A stretch of 64,000 bases of DNA from Patescibacteria group bacterium (GCA_040384725.1 JAZKIS010000009.1:14075-78074), one strand, 5' to 3'; positions 39,476-51,695 are shown, numbered from the stretch's first letter. Translations and numbers: made by a program. Notes: generated by a model from the letters alone, not told the origin.

Positions 39476-40700
39476 GTACGACGTAATCGTTATCGGAGCT
39501 GGCGTCGCAGGTCTTGCTGCTGCCCAAGAGCTTACAAAAGCAGGGGAAAGCGTCGTGGTGCTTGAAGCGCAGGACTATATCGGCGGGAGGATTAAGACGT
39601 TGCGCGAGCGGGGCGTTGTTGAAGCTGGAGCTGAGTTCGTTCATGGCGAGTATGCTCGCACATGGGAAACGATTCGCGATGCAGGAATAACGACATCTGA
39701 ATGGAAAGTCTCGGATGCATCGATCCCGCACCGCAGCTATGGCGACGAAGGATCGTTACGGCCAATCCCACCAGCACTCGTCAAGGAAGCAGACGCATTG
39801 AGGGCCTGTGTGTATGCCTATGAGGGGCCAGAGATATCGCTCGCTGATTATCTGCTTACGCAAACAGTATCTGAAGAGGCACGAGTGATGGTTGACGATG
39901 CTTTATCGAGGCTCGAAGCAACGGATGCCGACAAGCTGAGCGTGCTCGGTATGGCTCGTGCAAGCAAGCAAGCATCGAACGGGCACCAGAATTTCTTCCT
40001 GCCTGACGGCTACGATCGCATTCCAGAGAAACTTGCCGAAGGACTCGATATTAGGCTGGCGCATGCCGTGTCAGGGATCGTGTGGAAGAAAGGAGATGTA
40101 CACATTACCTGTTCCAATAGCTCTACTTTCTCTGCGTCCTCGATCATAATTACGGTCCCGCTCGGCGTGCTACAGCAGGCAAGGATATCGTTCTCGCCTG
40201 AATTGCCAGTATCTTTTACTGAGGCGCTCGGGAAAATAGGTTTCGGACAGACAACGAAATCCACCTTCTGGATTCGAGGTTGGGTCCCCTCATTCCGCAT
40301 GCTTCTTACGCGGTACTCGTTGAGTTTCTGGCAGCGCACCTTTGGCGAGGAAACAGTGGTCGTTGGCTATTGCGGAGGTTCACTCGCGGAGAGACTCGCG
40401 GTGTTGTCTGAAAAAGAGGCTCTCGAGTACTCATTGTCAGCTCTTGCGGATGCTCTAGGTCCAGATATCCGAGAGCAAGTTGTTCACGCTCGACATTTCA
40501 CTTGGTCTGACAATCCCTACATACAGGGTGCTTACAGCTACCCCAAGCTCCACATGGGAAATGCTCGCGAGATTATTCGTACCCCAATCGAACATACGAT
40601 TTTCTATGCAGGGGAGGCGACGCATACGAGTGGCCACGCAGCGACGGTGCATGGTGCAATCGAAGAAGGAATCGATGCAGCGCGGCGACTACTTGGCTAA
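39468..40700 (+). CDS. Flavin monoamine oxidase family protein
   Basis: GAGVAGL, GGRI, EAGAEFVHG, GAYS, AGEAT...TVHGA. Confidence 0.9.
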   Translation: MDRYDVIVIGAGVAGLAAAQELTKAGESVVVLEAQDYIGGRIKTLRERGVVEAGAEFVHGEYARTWETIRDAGITTSEWKVSDASIPHRSYGDEGSLRPIPPALVKEADALRACVYAYEGPEISLADYLLTQTVSEEARVMVDDALSRLEATDADKLSVLGMARASKQASNGHQNFFLPDGYDRIPEKLAEGLDIRLAHAVSGIVWKKGDVHITCSNSSTFSASSIIITVPLGVLQQARISFSPELPVSFTEALGKIGFGQTTKSTFWIRGWVPSFRMLLTRYSLSFWQRTFGEETVVVGYCGGSLAERLAVLSEKEALEYSLSALADALGPDIREQVVHARHFTWSDNPYIQGAYSYPKLHMGNAREIIRTPIEHTIFYAGEATHTSGHAATVHGAIEEGIDAARRLLG

Positions 40701-40711
40701 GTATAGCGATT

Positions 40712-41386
40712 ATGCATACCACCCACTCTACCGTTGAAGAGCGTACGGCTCGTGCAAAAAAGATCGTCGCCTACCTGAAGAAAGCGTATCCGGTTCCTGA
40801 GACCGAGCTCACCTTCAAGACCCCCATACAGCTCGTGGTGGCGGTCATGCTCTCTGCGCAATCAACCGACAAGCGAGTGAATCTAGTAACGAAGGAACTA
40901 TATAAGCGGTATAAGACCGTGAACGATTTCGCTGATGCGGACCTCGTTGCGTTCACGGACGAGATATCCTCCATAACGTTCTACAAGAACAAGGCACGGC
41001 ACATCAAGGCAACCGCTACGATGATCCGCGACGAGTTCAAGGGGAAGGTACCGAAGACCGAAGCAGAGCTCGTACGGCTTCCGGGCGTCGCATATAAGAC
41101 GGCCCACGTCATCCTCGGAGAGCTGCATGATATATGGGAGGGGATTCCAACCGATACGCACGTGCGCCGGTTCGCCCTTCGCTTCGACCTCACGGCAAAC
41201 ACGGAACTAACGAAGATATCGAAGGATCTCGAAGCACTCATACCGAAGAAGGATTGGAAGTACGTGAACAACGGGTTCGTGCTGTATGGCCGCTATCTCT
41301 GCAACGCGCTCCCGCATCCGTGCGAGAATCATCCGTTAACGAAGATATGGCCGCCAGCTGCGGGGCGGTGGCCGAAGGCGAAATAG
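40712..41386 (+). CDS. nth: Endonuclease III
   Basis: LSAQSTDKRVN, LPGV..KTA, DTHVRR. Confidence 0.9.
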   Translation: MHTTHSTVEERTARAKKIVAYLKKAYPVPETELTFKTPIQLVVAVMLSAQSTDKRVNLVTKELYKRYKTVNDFADADLVAFTDEISSITFYKNKARHIKATATMIRDEFKGKVPKTEAELVRLPGVAYKTAHVILGELHDIWEGIPTDTHVRRFALRFDLTANTELTKISKDLEALIPKKDWKYVNNGFVLYGRYLCNALPHPCENHPLTKIWPPAAGRWPKAK

Positions 41387-41440
41387 TATGCGAAAAGACC
41401 GCCCGTCACCCGAAGGTGAAAGGCGGCTTCGAAATCAGTA

Positions 41441-41896
41441 CTACTTGCGTCGTTGCCCTCGTTGTCGTTCGAGGAAGTCAGCGAACCTGGCGAGCTTCGC
41501 ATAGTATCGCTGTTCGATGGTACGGCCGAGGTCGGGCGTGTCGCAGAAGAGTTCGCGCGGCAGAAGCGCAAGCGTTCCTGCGCCGTCGAACGAAAGCTCG
41601 AAATCGAACTCGATTTTCCGATCGATGCGGTCACGGTCACGGATGAGCAGACGAGTGTCTCGTGCCTGATCGTCCAGATCGTCGCTCTCATCATAGTACT
41701 TGAGAACGAGACCGGTCAGACGTCCCTGGCTTTTGGCTCCGGAGAACCGAAAGACAGGTATGCGGGGCGAGTCGTCGCCATCAGCGAAATTCGCTTCAAT
41801 CGCGGTCGCATCGAAGCCGAGCCCTGTGAGCGCTCGAATGAGTCGAGTGATGGAACCGGCGTCGTTCGCCGCTTCAACCTGTACTGCTTGAGCCAT
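41441..41896 (-). CDS. Hypothetical protein (SD-led orphan cassette)
   Basis: TTGACA-16-TATGAT promoter, GGGAGG SD, 151-aa ORF. Confidence 0.7.
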   Translation of the reverse strand: MAQAVQVEAANDAGSITRLIRALTGLGFDATAIEANFADGDDSPRIPVFRFSGAKSQGRLTGLVLKYYDESDDLDDQARDTRLLIRDRDRIDRKIEFDFELSFDGAGTLALLPRELFCDTPDLGRTIEQRYYAKLARFADFLERQRGQRRK

Positions 41897-42000
41897 TGTG
41901 TTCTTCCCTCCCAGGAACAATTTCCTATAATAAATCATACTCTTATTCCATTCTTTGTCAAAGAATCCTCATTCTAAACGCGTCTTGGTATACTCTTGGT

Positions 42001-42228
42001 ATGGAAAAGAAACTCACCAGAAGCAGGGAGCACCGCGTACTCGCCGGCGTCATGGGCGGACTCGGAGAATTCTTCGGCGTAGACCCGGTCCTGCTCCGTC
42101 TCGGCTACCTCATCCTTACGGTCTTCACGGGATTCATTCCGGGCATCGTCGGGTACGCGCTCGCTATCGTTATCGTGCCAGAAGCGCCTCTCGCGGCGGT
42201 GAAGAGCGATGACACCGACCCGCTTTAG
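42001..42228 (+). CDS. PspC domain protein
   Basis: LTRS...LAGVMGGLGEFFGVDP.LLRL. Confidence 0.9.
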   Translation: MEKKLTRSREHRVLAGVMGGLGEFFGVDPVLLRLGYLILTVFTGFIPGIVGYALAIVIVPEAPLAAVKSDDTDPL

Positions 42229-43018
42229 GAATCTCGTTCTCGCGCACTATAAGAAGCAGGGAAGGCACGATCTTCCTTGGAGAAAGACACGAGATCCGTA
42301 CCGTATTCTCGTGTCTGAAGTTATGCTGCAACAGACGCAGGTAGAACGCGTGATCCCGTTCTACGATGCGTTCCTGAAAGAGTTCCCGAACGTTGCGGCA
42401 CTCGCACATGCACCGCTGTCGCGCGTGCTCATTCGGTGGCAAGGGCTCGGCTATAACCGCCGTGCAAAGATGCTCTATGAGGCGGCAAAAGTAGTAACGA
42501 AGGAGTATGCAGGAAAGATGCCAAATAGGGTCGAAGCGCTCGAAAGGCTTCCTGGCGTCGGACATTACACCGCACGCGCCATAGCAGCGTTCGCCTACAA
42601 CACGGACGTTATTTTCATAGAGACGAATCTGCGTACCGCCGTTACGCATCACTTCTTTCCGAATGAGGAGAACGTAAACGATAAGGAGATACTCTTGATA
42701 CTCGAGAAGGCCTTCAGCAAAGGAACGAGCAGGGAGTGGTATTCCGCGCTCATGGACTACGGAGCGTTCCTCAAGCGCTCAGGCATTCGTATAAACGCGA
42801 AGAGCAAGACATACACGAAGCAATCGAAGTTCGCAGGCTCTAGTAGGGAAATGCGAGGCACCATTCTCAGAGCCTTAACGAAAGGACAAAAGACCGAAGC
42901 ATCCCTTCTTATCATTCTCGGACCTGAACGATCCGAACAGGTCCGCACACAGCTCAAAAAGCTCCTCGACGAAGGCTTTATAGAAAAGAAGCGAACGACG
43001 TATCGGCTCGCATCCTAG
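42209..43018 (+). CDS. mutY: A/G-specific adenine glycosylase (short form)
   Basis: LPWR, VSEVMLQQTQV, WQGLGY.RR, LPGVG.YTA. Confidence 0.92.
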   Translation: MTPTRFRNLVLAHYKKQGRHDLPWRKTRDPYRILVSEVMLQQTQVERVIPFYDAFLKEFPNVAALAHAPLSRVLIRWQGLGYNRRAKMLYEAAKVVTKEYAGKMPNRVEALERLPGVGHYTARAIAAFAYNTDVIFIETNLRTAVTHHFFPNEENVNDKEILLILEKAFSKGTSREWYSALMDYGAFLKRSGIRINAKSKTYTKQSKFAGSSREMRGTILRALTKGQKTEASLLIILGPERSEQVRTQLKKLLDEGFIEKKRTTYRLAS

Positions 43019-44169
43019 CGCACGTCGCGAAGAGGAATCGATACAATAATGCCGAGCGCAACGATGAGCGCTCCTGAAACCATAAAGAAGACGAGATAGT
43101 TTCCCGTAATAAGCAGCACGCTCGCGAAGAGCGGGGCAATGAGTGCCCCTACAGGGCGCATCATACGGAAGACGCTGATAGTGTTGGCATCGCGCTCAGA
43201 GACTCTCCGGAAGAAATGACTCTCAACCATTGCCTCAGACAAGGCGCCGCCGATTCTCGACACAAAGAGGATCGCCGCTATGACGATGAGTGGCGTCGTG
43301 GCGATTATGAATCCGACGGCCGCGAACGCGGTTCCCATGATAATGAAGCCTGCGATGAGGAGCTCCTTGTCCCCGAGCCAACGATCTGCGATCCAGCCCG
43401 CCGGGTATTCGATGAATACGAACGGAAGGAGCATGATCGCGAACACCCAGCCGAGGTCGCTCCATGGGAAGCCGAGCACGGTATGGAGATAGAGCGGGAT
43501 GTAGAGGGGTGCTAAATGGAAGAAGAACTGCAAGACGCCGTTGCCGAGCGCCGCGGCACGCAGATCAGGATCGGACCAGAGACAGAAGCAGGTCGAGCGC
43601 ACGGCAGCCAGGTGCGGCGGCTCTCCTTCAGGGAGCTTCTCGAACAATAGAAGTGCTATGAACGGCGTGAGTGAGAGCGAAGCGGCGAGGAAGACGCGCC
43701 AGTAGGCTTCCGTTCCGTCCAGAAGGAATCCGATGAGGAGCGGCGCGATGATAAGGGCGAGGCTTCCTGCTGTTATGAAAAGGGTGCGCGTGCGGCCCGT
43801 ATTGGTCTCTGCCGACGTCGCCGCTTCGAGCAAGAGATCGAGCTGGTAGGCGATGAGGGGTGAGGCTGCGCAGACGAGAGCGACGCAGAGGATCGCGAAC
43901 ACCATGCTCGGAGAGAGAGCGAGCACGGACACCGTTACGGCCTGCACAAAGGCCAGTCCTATAGCCATGCGCTTGGCGCCGAACGCGCGGACCATACGCG
44001 GCATGAAAGGGAATACCGAGAGTGTAATGAGTGCACCCAAGGAAACGACGAGCCCGGTCTGCGCTTCCGGCATGAACAGCGCCAGATACGGCGCGACGAT
44101 GTATATCACTAAGAAAAAGTGCGCGGCACCGAAGAAGTTTCCGATGGAAAGGACAAGACGCGAGTGCAT
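43015..44169 (-). CDS. MFS transporter
   Basis: About 12 TM helices; G.IADR.G.K motif. Confidence 0.88.
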   Translation of the reverse strand: MHSRLVLSIGNFFGAAHFFLVIYIVAPYLALFMPEAQTGLVVSLGALITLSVFPFMPRMVRAFGAKRMAIGLAFVQAVTVSVLALSPSMVFAILCVALVCAASPLIAYQLDLLLEAATSAETNTGRTRTLFITAGSLALIIAPLLIGFLLDGTEAYWRVFLAASLSLTPFIALLLFEKLPEGEPPHLAAVRSTCFCLWSDPDLRAAALGNGVLQFFFHLAPLYIPLYLHTVLGFPWSDLGWVFAIMLLPFVFIEYPAGWIADRWLGDKELLIAGFIIMGTAFAAVGFIIATTPLIVIAAILFVSRIGGALSEAMVESHFFRRVSERDANTISVFRMMRPVGALIAPLFASVLLITGNYLVFFMVSGALIVALGIIVSIPLRDVR

Positions 44170-44301
44170 TAGGTGCTATTTTAGCACCCGTTCGCAATGT
44201 CTCTGCTGCATGCAGGTACCAACGGGGCGTAGGAACCGTATGTCTGGAACCCTTTTGTAATACATGGTAGGTTCTGTCTAGACTGAGCAATGGGGTTTAT
44301 C

Positions 44302-44622
44302 ATGAGTGAGAAAGAGAGCTACGAGCTGGTGCTCGTAAATCATACGGCCGGCATAACAAGCGGCTGCGCAAAGTGTCGAGCGGTTCTCCGTTCCGGCACA
44401 TGGGTGGTTGGACTGAAGATCGGCGCCATCAACTACGTAGTCGGCGCCAACCCTCCCGTCACGTGCTGCGGAGAGGAGAAGCAAGTACTCGAGGCATTCG
44501 ATTCTGAAGAAGAAGCCCGTGTCCTTTCCCGAGAAGTGCAGATGATACTGAACGAACAGGGCAGTACCGAGAACTTGATCCTGTACCAAGCCGTTCGAAT
44601 GATTTCCGAGGCAACACACTGA
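44302..44622 (+). CDS. Hypothetical protein with CxxC...CC (orphan cassette)
   Basis: 106-aa ORF; TTGTAA-18-TAGACT and weak TGGGG SD. Confidence 0.6.
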   Translation: MSEKESYELVLVNHTAGITSGCAKCRAVLRSGTWVVGLKIGAINYVVGANPPVTCCGEEKQVLEAFDSEEEARVLSREVQMILNEQGSTENLILYQAVRMISEATH

Positions 44623-44732
44623 AACAAGGCCGAAAGCAGTAATGCGAGTAGGCTTTTTCCTTTGCTAGTAGTCTAGGACGATGCTGGAATTTTTACGTTA
44701 AGCGGCCCCGGGCATACCCGGGGCCGCTTGGG

Positions 44733-44894
44733 CTATAGGCCCAGTTTCTTGAGAGATTTCTTGGGACCGAGCCTGGTCAACTCATCGATGACTTTTGCCC
44801 AGTCTGCATCGTCCTCAAGCTTTTGCTTGCTGAAAAAACGATACAGCGCAGATCGGACCTTGTCAGAGACTCCGCCCATCTTGTTGTCGCTCAT
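44733..44894 (-). CDS. Small hypothetical protein (SD-led orphan cassette)
   Basis: 53 aa; AAAGGGTGG before ATG; hairpin AGCGGCCCCGGG/CCCGGGGCCGCT immediately downstream. Confidence 0.55.
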   Translation of the reverse strand: MSDNKMGGVSDKVRSALYRFFSKQKLEDDADWAKVIDELTRLGPKKSLKKLGL

Positions 44895-45028
44895 CTTCCA
44901 CCCTTTCGATTGAACAGCTAATTGGAAACTACCGCTTGGATGGTAACAAGTCAAATTGCTGGCAAACTAGGAATCGCACCAAAACGAAAGCCGCCCGACA
45001 AATGTCGGGCGGCTTTCGTTCGTCGTCG

Positions 45029-46963
45029 TTAGACGCCGATCAATACCGGAATAACCATCGGTGCCTTGTTCGTTCGGGTGAACAGGTAACCGGCCATGGT
45101 GTCCGAGAGCGCGTTCTTCACAAAGTCGAGATCAACCGGATTCATGCCCTCGGTCGAGTCCTCAACGGTCTTCTTGATGAGGAGACGTGCCTGGTTGAGC
45201 ATGTCCTGGTTCTCGCGTAGGTACACGAAGCCGCGCGAGATGATGTCCGGAGACTTGCGGAGCTTTCCGGTCTTCAGGTTAACCGTCGCGATGATAACGA
45301 ACATGCCGTCCTTCGCGAGCATCTGGCGGTCGCGGATAACCACCTCCTGGAGGTCGCTGATCGAGAAGCCGTCAACCACGAGCGGAGAGGACGGAACCTT
45401 CTGCTTGTGGATGTTCAAGGTCTCGCCGCCGTTCTCGATGTCGATAACGGTGCCGTTGTCGGCAACGATGATCGACTCGCGCGGACGTCCTGCCTGCTCG
45501 ACCGCCTTCGCATGCGAAGCCGTCATCGAGTAGTAGCCGTAGGCCGGCATGAAGTACTTGGCGTTGACCTGCTGGTTGATCCAGATGAGCTCGCCGGTGT
45601 TTCCGTGTCCGGTCGAGTGCACGTCCGAGGAACGATAGTGGATAAGCGAAGCGCCGCTGCGGTACAGGTGATCCTTCAGGCGCTGCACGGAGATCTCGTT
45701 TCCTGGAATAACCGAGGATGAGAGGACAACGGTGTCGCGGCTCGTAAGGGTGATCGACTTGTGCTGCTTGGTCGCGATACGCATCAAGGCCGCGAATTCC
45801 TCGCCCTGGGCTCCGGTCGAGAGGACAACGATCTTGTCCGGAGGATAGTCGCCGATCTCTGCGGACGTGATGATCGTCTCCTTCTTAACCTTGAGGAGGC
45901 CGGTCTTCTGCGCGATTTCGAGGTTGGTCTTGATCGAGCGTCCTTCGGTGACGACCTTCTTGCCGAGCGATTCCGCGATCTCGATGATGCGGACCATGCG
46001 CTCGAACTGCGAGGCGAAGGTGCCGATGATGAGGCGGCCCTTCACGGTCTTGATGATCTCCTCGAGGGTCTCGTGGACCTTGCGCTCAGGGACGGAGAAT
46101 CCGTCACGCTCAGCGTTGGTTGAGTCCGCGATGAAGAAGAGGTTCTTCTGTGCGGCTAGGATGCCCCACTTTTTCTGCTCAGCGGGAGTAGGAATGCCGT
46201 TCTCGTGGTCGAGCTTGAGGTCTCCGGTCGCAATGACGTTGCCGTACGGCGTCTCCACCGCGATGCCCATAGAGTCCGGGATCGAGTGGGTAACCGGGAA
46301 GAACTGGACCTTGGTCGAGCCGATGGTCATGGTGCTCCCAGGCTCAACGGTAACGATATTGAGCTCGGCCTGATCAGGATATTCCTCCTGACGCTTCTTG
46401 ATCATTACGGCAGAGAGATTCTGCGTGTAGATCGGGGGATTGCCCATGCGCTCCATAAGGAACGGGATGCCGCCGATGTGGTCGAGGTGGCCGTGCGTAA
46501 TGAAGATGCCGCGGATGCGGTCCTTGTTAACCTCGAGGTACTTGGTGTTCGGGAGGACATAGTCGACGCCCGGCTGCGTATCCTCGGATACGAACTGGAA
46601 GCCGACATCGAAGACGAAGATGTCGCCGTTCGTTTCAACGGTGAACATGTTGCGTCCCACTTCCTCGACGCCTCCAAGAGGGACGATGCGGACAACGTCC
46701 TTGCCTGGGGCTGCCGGGAGGTACTCGGGCGCTTTCTTCTCGGCTCGTTCGCCGCCCTGAGACGGGCTGCCGGGACGGCCGAGCGAGCGGCGGATGTTGT
46801 CGCTCGCGGTGCCGGGACGTCCGCCGGTGCGCGTACGGGTACCGCGTCCACGTCCTCCGCGAGGAGGACGAGGGGGTGCTCCTTCAGCTCTCGGAGCGCG
46901 AGGCTCTGAGCTTTGGTTTGAGCGAGGGCTTGGCGCCGGAGCCGGCGCGGGTGCTGCTGACAT
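45029..46963 (-). CDS. rnj: Ribonuclease J with disordered N-terminal extension
   Basis: PLGGVEEVGRN, THGHLDHIG, HSIPD, DSTNA, STGAQGE. Confidence 0.95.
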   Translation of the reverse strand: MSAAPAPAPAPSPRSNQSSEPRAPRAEGAPPRPPRGGRGRGTRTRTGGRPGTASDNIRRSLGRPGSPSQGGERAEKKAPEYLPAAPGKDVVRIVPLGGVEEVGRNMFTVETNGDIFVFDVGFQFVSEDTQPGVDYVLPNTKYLEVNKDRIRGIFITHGHLDHIGGIPFLMERMGNPPIYTQNLSAVMIKKRQEEYPDQAELNIVTVEPGSTMTIGSTKVQFFPVTHSIPDSMGIAVETPYGNVIATGDLKLDHENGIPTPAEQKKWGILAAQKNLFFIADSTNAERDGFSVPERKVHETLEEIIKTVKGRLIIGTFASQFERMVRIIEIAESLGKKVVTEGRSIKTNLEIAQKTGLLKVKKETIITSAEIGDYPPDKIVVLSTGAQGEEFAALMRIATKQHKSITLTSRDTVVLSSSVIPGNEISVQRLKDHLYRSGASLIHYRSSDVHSTGHGNTGELIWINQQVNAKYFMPAYGYYSMTASHAKAVEQAGRPRESIIVADNGTVIDIENGGETLNIHKQKVPSSPLVVDGFSISDLQEVVIRDRQMLAKDGMFVIIATVNLKTGKLRKSPDIISRGFVYLRENQDMLNQARLLIKKTVEDSTEGMNPVDLDFVKNALSDTMAGYLFTRTNKAPMVIPVLIGV

Positions 46964-47082
46964 AATAAGTAGTTAGTTGTTAGAAAAATAATTTAGGTGC
47001 ACACCAGATATCGTGTTGTAACGATCGGTTTCAGTGCGCAGTTGGCAGCCAAGAGGGAAGCACGTTCCAGGCTATCAACTGA

Positions 47083-48768
47083 TCACTCTCCCGCGAATAT
47101 AGGCCAGACCTCTTCGGTATTCCGATACCAGGTGGCTACGGTCGCGAACCGGTCCGACGGCGATGCTATCTGGGGAAGGCGTACCCCGTGGACGCTGTTA
47201 GGGATAGCATACAGGAAGTCCGGTGCATGCGTAAAGGCGGCAGGATAATCGCTCGCGATAAGATTGGAAACCTCCGCAAGGTCTTCGCGTGCCACTTCAG
47301 GATCCTGCTCCTCGCGGATGCGCTCGAGAAGTAGGTCAACCGCACGGTTCGCGTACGCCGCGATGTTAAGTCCTGGGTCGCTGCGCTCTCCTGAGTCCCA
47401 GAAAGCGAAAAGATCGCGGTCGCGGCCGATAACCATGCCGAAGAGGAGCGCCTCGTACGCGCGCGGACGGATCACAGTTGCCGCGAGGTCTCCTGGCTCG
47501 TAGAGCGCAACCTCGGTCGGTACGCCGAGACGCTCCCAATCCGTCTCGATAGACGCCGCGATAGCCTTGAGCTCCGGCACGTTCGAGGTCTTCAGGGTTA
47601 TCTGGGGAAGCGCGAGGTTCTCGTCCTCGTTCTCCCAGCCGCCGGTCTCCTCGTTCCTTGTCCAGCCTTCCTCTGAAAGGAGTTCGGTTGCGAGCGCGAC
47701 ACCGTCCCCTTCAGGGAGCTCATACGCCTCGACGCCGCTGCCGGGCGGCACGGGGCCCGTGAGCGGTGTGGCGTATCCGCCGAGCACATCGTTCACGATC
47801 CGGGTACGGTCAACAGCGAGCGACAATGCTTCGCGCACCTCGAGGCGGGCGAAGACCGGGTTCTCGTCGCTGTTGAAGAACACGCCGAACACGCGTGAGT
47901 ACGGAGACCGAAGCGCGCCCGTAACCGGAATGCCATACGCGCTCTCGATGCTTCGGCGCTCATACGCGTCCGCGAGTTTCGTTACGTCGTCATAGAATTT
48001 CACGTAGATTGCATCAAGGTACGGCCGGCCGGGGGCGTAGTTATCGGACGCCCGCAGCTCATACCCAGTTACGCTGCCGTCCTTGTCACGCGTTACGCGG
48101 GTAACCTTGAAAGGTCCTGCACCGATCGGGTTGGTCATCAAGGGCGAGAACGAGAACTCGTCTACGGGAATGTTGCGCCACTTGTCGGCGGGCAAGATGC
48201 CGAGCGTGGTATCAACCAGGAACGGCGCGTACGGCTTCGGGAGCGTGAACACTACGGTCCTTGCATCGAGCGCCTCCGCACGGATATTGGCCCAGTTCGC
48301 AAGCTCGGGAGACCGGAGTGCGGGGTCTTGCGCCTTCTCGACCGTGAACACGACGTCGTCTGCCGTAACCGGGGTGCCGTCCGAGAACTTCGCATCCTCC
48401 CTGAGCGAGAACGTATACTCCTGTCCGTCCTCAGACACCCGATAGCGCTCGGCGAGTACGGGCACGAGATTGCCCTCGCCGTCGAGGCCCATGAGACCTG
48501 CGTAGGTGAGTGCCGTAAGGTCCCGGTCCGCATCCGTGAGCGCGAGAAGGGGATTCACGAATCTCGGAGACCCAACGATGCCTTCCGCAAGCGTTCCGCC
48601 CTTGGCGGGTACGGTAACAAGAAACGAGCGCTGGAGCGCGATGAGTCCCGCAAGACTGGTTCCTATAACAAGGAGCCCTAAAAGGGTCGCGATGAAGCGA
48701 TCGCCCGGAGAGAGCTTCGTGTAGAAGGGGAGTAAGCGGGTGAGTGGGAGGCCGTAATGACTGTCCAT
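47083..48768 (-). CDS. Peptide ABC transporter substrate-binding protein (family 5)
   Basis: F.LR...FSDG.PVTADDV.FT, PIGAGPF. Confidence 0.9.
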   Translation of the reverse strand: MDSHYGLPLTRLLPFYTKLSPGDRFIATLLGLLVIGTSLAGLIALQRSFLVTVPAKGGTLAEGIVGSPRFVNPLLALTDADRDLTALTYAGLMGLDGEGNLVPVLAERYRVSEDGQEYTFSLREDAKFSDGTPVTADDVVFTVEKAQDPALRSPELANWANIRAEALDARTVVFTLPKPYAPFLVDTTLGILPADKWRNIPVDEFSFSPLMTNPIGAGPFKVTRVTRDKDGSVTGYELRASDNYAPGRPYLDAIYVKFYDDVTKLADAYERRSIESAYGIPVTGALRSPYSRVFGVFFNSDENPVFARLEVREALSLAVDRTRIVNDVLGGYATPLTGPVPPGSGVEAYELPEGDGVALATELLSEEGWTRNEETGGWENEDENLALPQITLKTSNVPELKAIAASIETDWERLGVPTEVALYEPGDLAATVIRPRAYEALLFGMVIGRDRDLFAFWDSGERSDPGLNIAAYANRAVDLLLERIREEQDPEVAREDLAEVSNLIASDYPAAFTHAPDFLYAIPNSVHGVRLPQIASPSDRFATVATWYRNTEEVWPIFAGE

Positions 48769-48813
48769 ACGTACGTAAATAGGAAAGGCTCAACGAGCCG
48801 TAAACCGGAAGGC

Positions 48814-49044
48814 TTAGAGGAAGAACCCAACGACGGTCGAGAGCACGAAGAGGATCGCGATAACGATCGTCGCATTGAACAGGAACTTCTCAGCGCCGCG
48901 GCGTTTGTAGAAGGTCGATGCGAAATTGTCGCCTCCGAAGGCTCCACCCAAGGATGCCCCCCGGTTCTGGAGGACGATACCTGCGATGAGGAGTAGGGAG
49001 AGGGCTATCTGAATGTAGGGCAATCCTGCCGAAAGAGTCTCCAT
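48814..49044 (-). CDS. secG: Preprotein translocase subunit SecG
   Basis: Two TM helices; LQ.RG..LGGAFGG...RRGAEK. Confidence 0.92.
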   Translation of the reverse strand: METLSAGLPYIQIALSLLLIAGIVLQNRGASLGGAFGGDNFASTFYKRRGAEKFLFNATIVIAILFVLSTVVGFFL

Positions 49045-49130
49045 CTGTGCCCTGGATTATAGCAAAAAGGGGAGGGAAATGCAAAACCCCCGAGATTGCG
49101 TCTCGGGGGCCTCTGCCTTCGGCGGCCACC

Positions 49131-49427
49131 TTAGCCGCGGTTGATGAGCCTGAAGAGTTCCGTCCGGCCCATGCCGAACGAGATCAGCAATATGACCACA
49201 TAGCACAGGCCACGCAGATCAGTCCCCAGATGACCAACCCCGTTCCATAGGCCGATCAGGCAGATGATCAGGACGCTGATGCTGTACAGGATCCAGGTCC
49301 CGGAGGGCCACGTTTCCTTCGGGGCTTCTAGGGGCAGGTTGGCGAACCTGTGCTGCGCATGCATGAACGCACGCGTGAAGAGAAGGAAAGTGGCGATCGA
49401 GAACAGAATGAAAAAGAATGCGGACAT
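49131..49427 (-). CDS. Small 3-TM hypothetical protein (SD-led orphan cassette)
   Basis: TTGACA-16-TATAAT promoter, GGAG SD, hairpin downstream. Confidence 0.7.
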   Translation of the reverse strand: MSAFFFILFSIATFLLFTRAFMHAQHRFANLPLEAPKETWPSGTWILYSISVLIICLIGLWNGVGHLGTDLRGLCYVVILLISFGMGRTELFRLINRG

Positions 49428-49651
49428 GGCTTTTCTCCGTGAAGGCCGTCATGAGCGAATACGCTCACTCTGTATATATTATACACTTTGTGTTTTCTTT
49501 GTCAAATAACACACAGGGAAGTCCCAGGCTGTCAGCGCGTACATTTGACGCTCTTGGACTCCGCTCTATACTGTGGATAACTTCTAGGCAGGGAATTCGT
49601 GTCTAGAAAACGGGCAACCTTTAGCAACCGCACTAAGCGAACTATTTTCCT

Positions 49652-49960
49652 ATGGCTACTTCAGAGAAGAAACTTTCTATCCAGCCGCTTAACGATCGCA
49701 TCGTGGTGAAGCCGCTCGCGAAAGAGGAGAAGACCGCGATGGGCATCATCATCCCGGACTCGGCGAAACAAGAAGCGCCGAGCAAGGGCACCGTGGTCGC
49801 GATCGGTCTCGGCCGGTACGAGGACGGCGACCTCATCCCTATGACGGTCAAGGTCGGCGATCAGGTGCTCTTCTCCAAGTACGGATTCGACGAAGTGAAA
49901 GTCGATGGCGAGGACTACTACATCCTCTCCGAGTCAGGCGTACTCGCCATACTCAAATAG
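49652..49960 (+). CDS. groES: Co-chaperonin GroES
   Basis: PLNDRIVV, GIIIPDSA, VKVGD.VLFSKY. Confidence 0.97.
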   Translation: MATSEKKLSIQPLNDRIVVKPLAKEEKTAMGIIIPDSAKQEAPSKGTVVAIGLGRYEDGDLIPMTVKVGDQVLFSKYGFDEVKVDGEDYYILSESGVLAILK

Positions 49961-51628
<1,668 letters not shown>

Positions 51629-51695
51629 TCAAGAAGGAAAAATGAATAACGCCGCGGTCCCGGAGGGGACTGCGGCGTTTTCGTCATAGCAGGAT

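Noticed and set aside
49621-49647. Possible CIRCE element upstream of groES (starts TTAGCA)
   Set aside because: The right arm does not match GAGTGCTAA and there is no inverted repeat at N9 spacing
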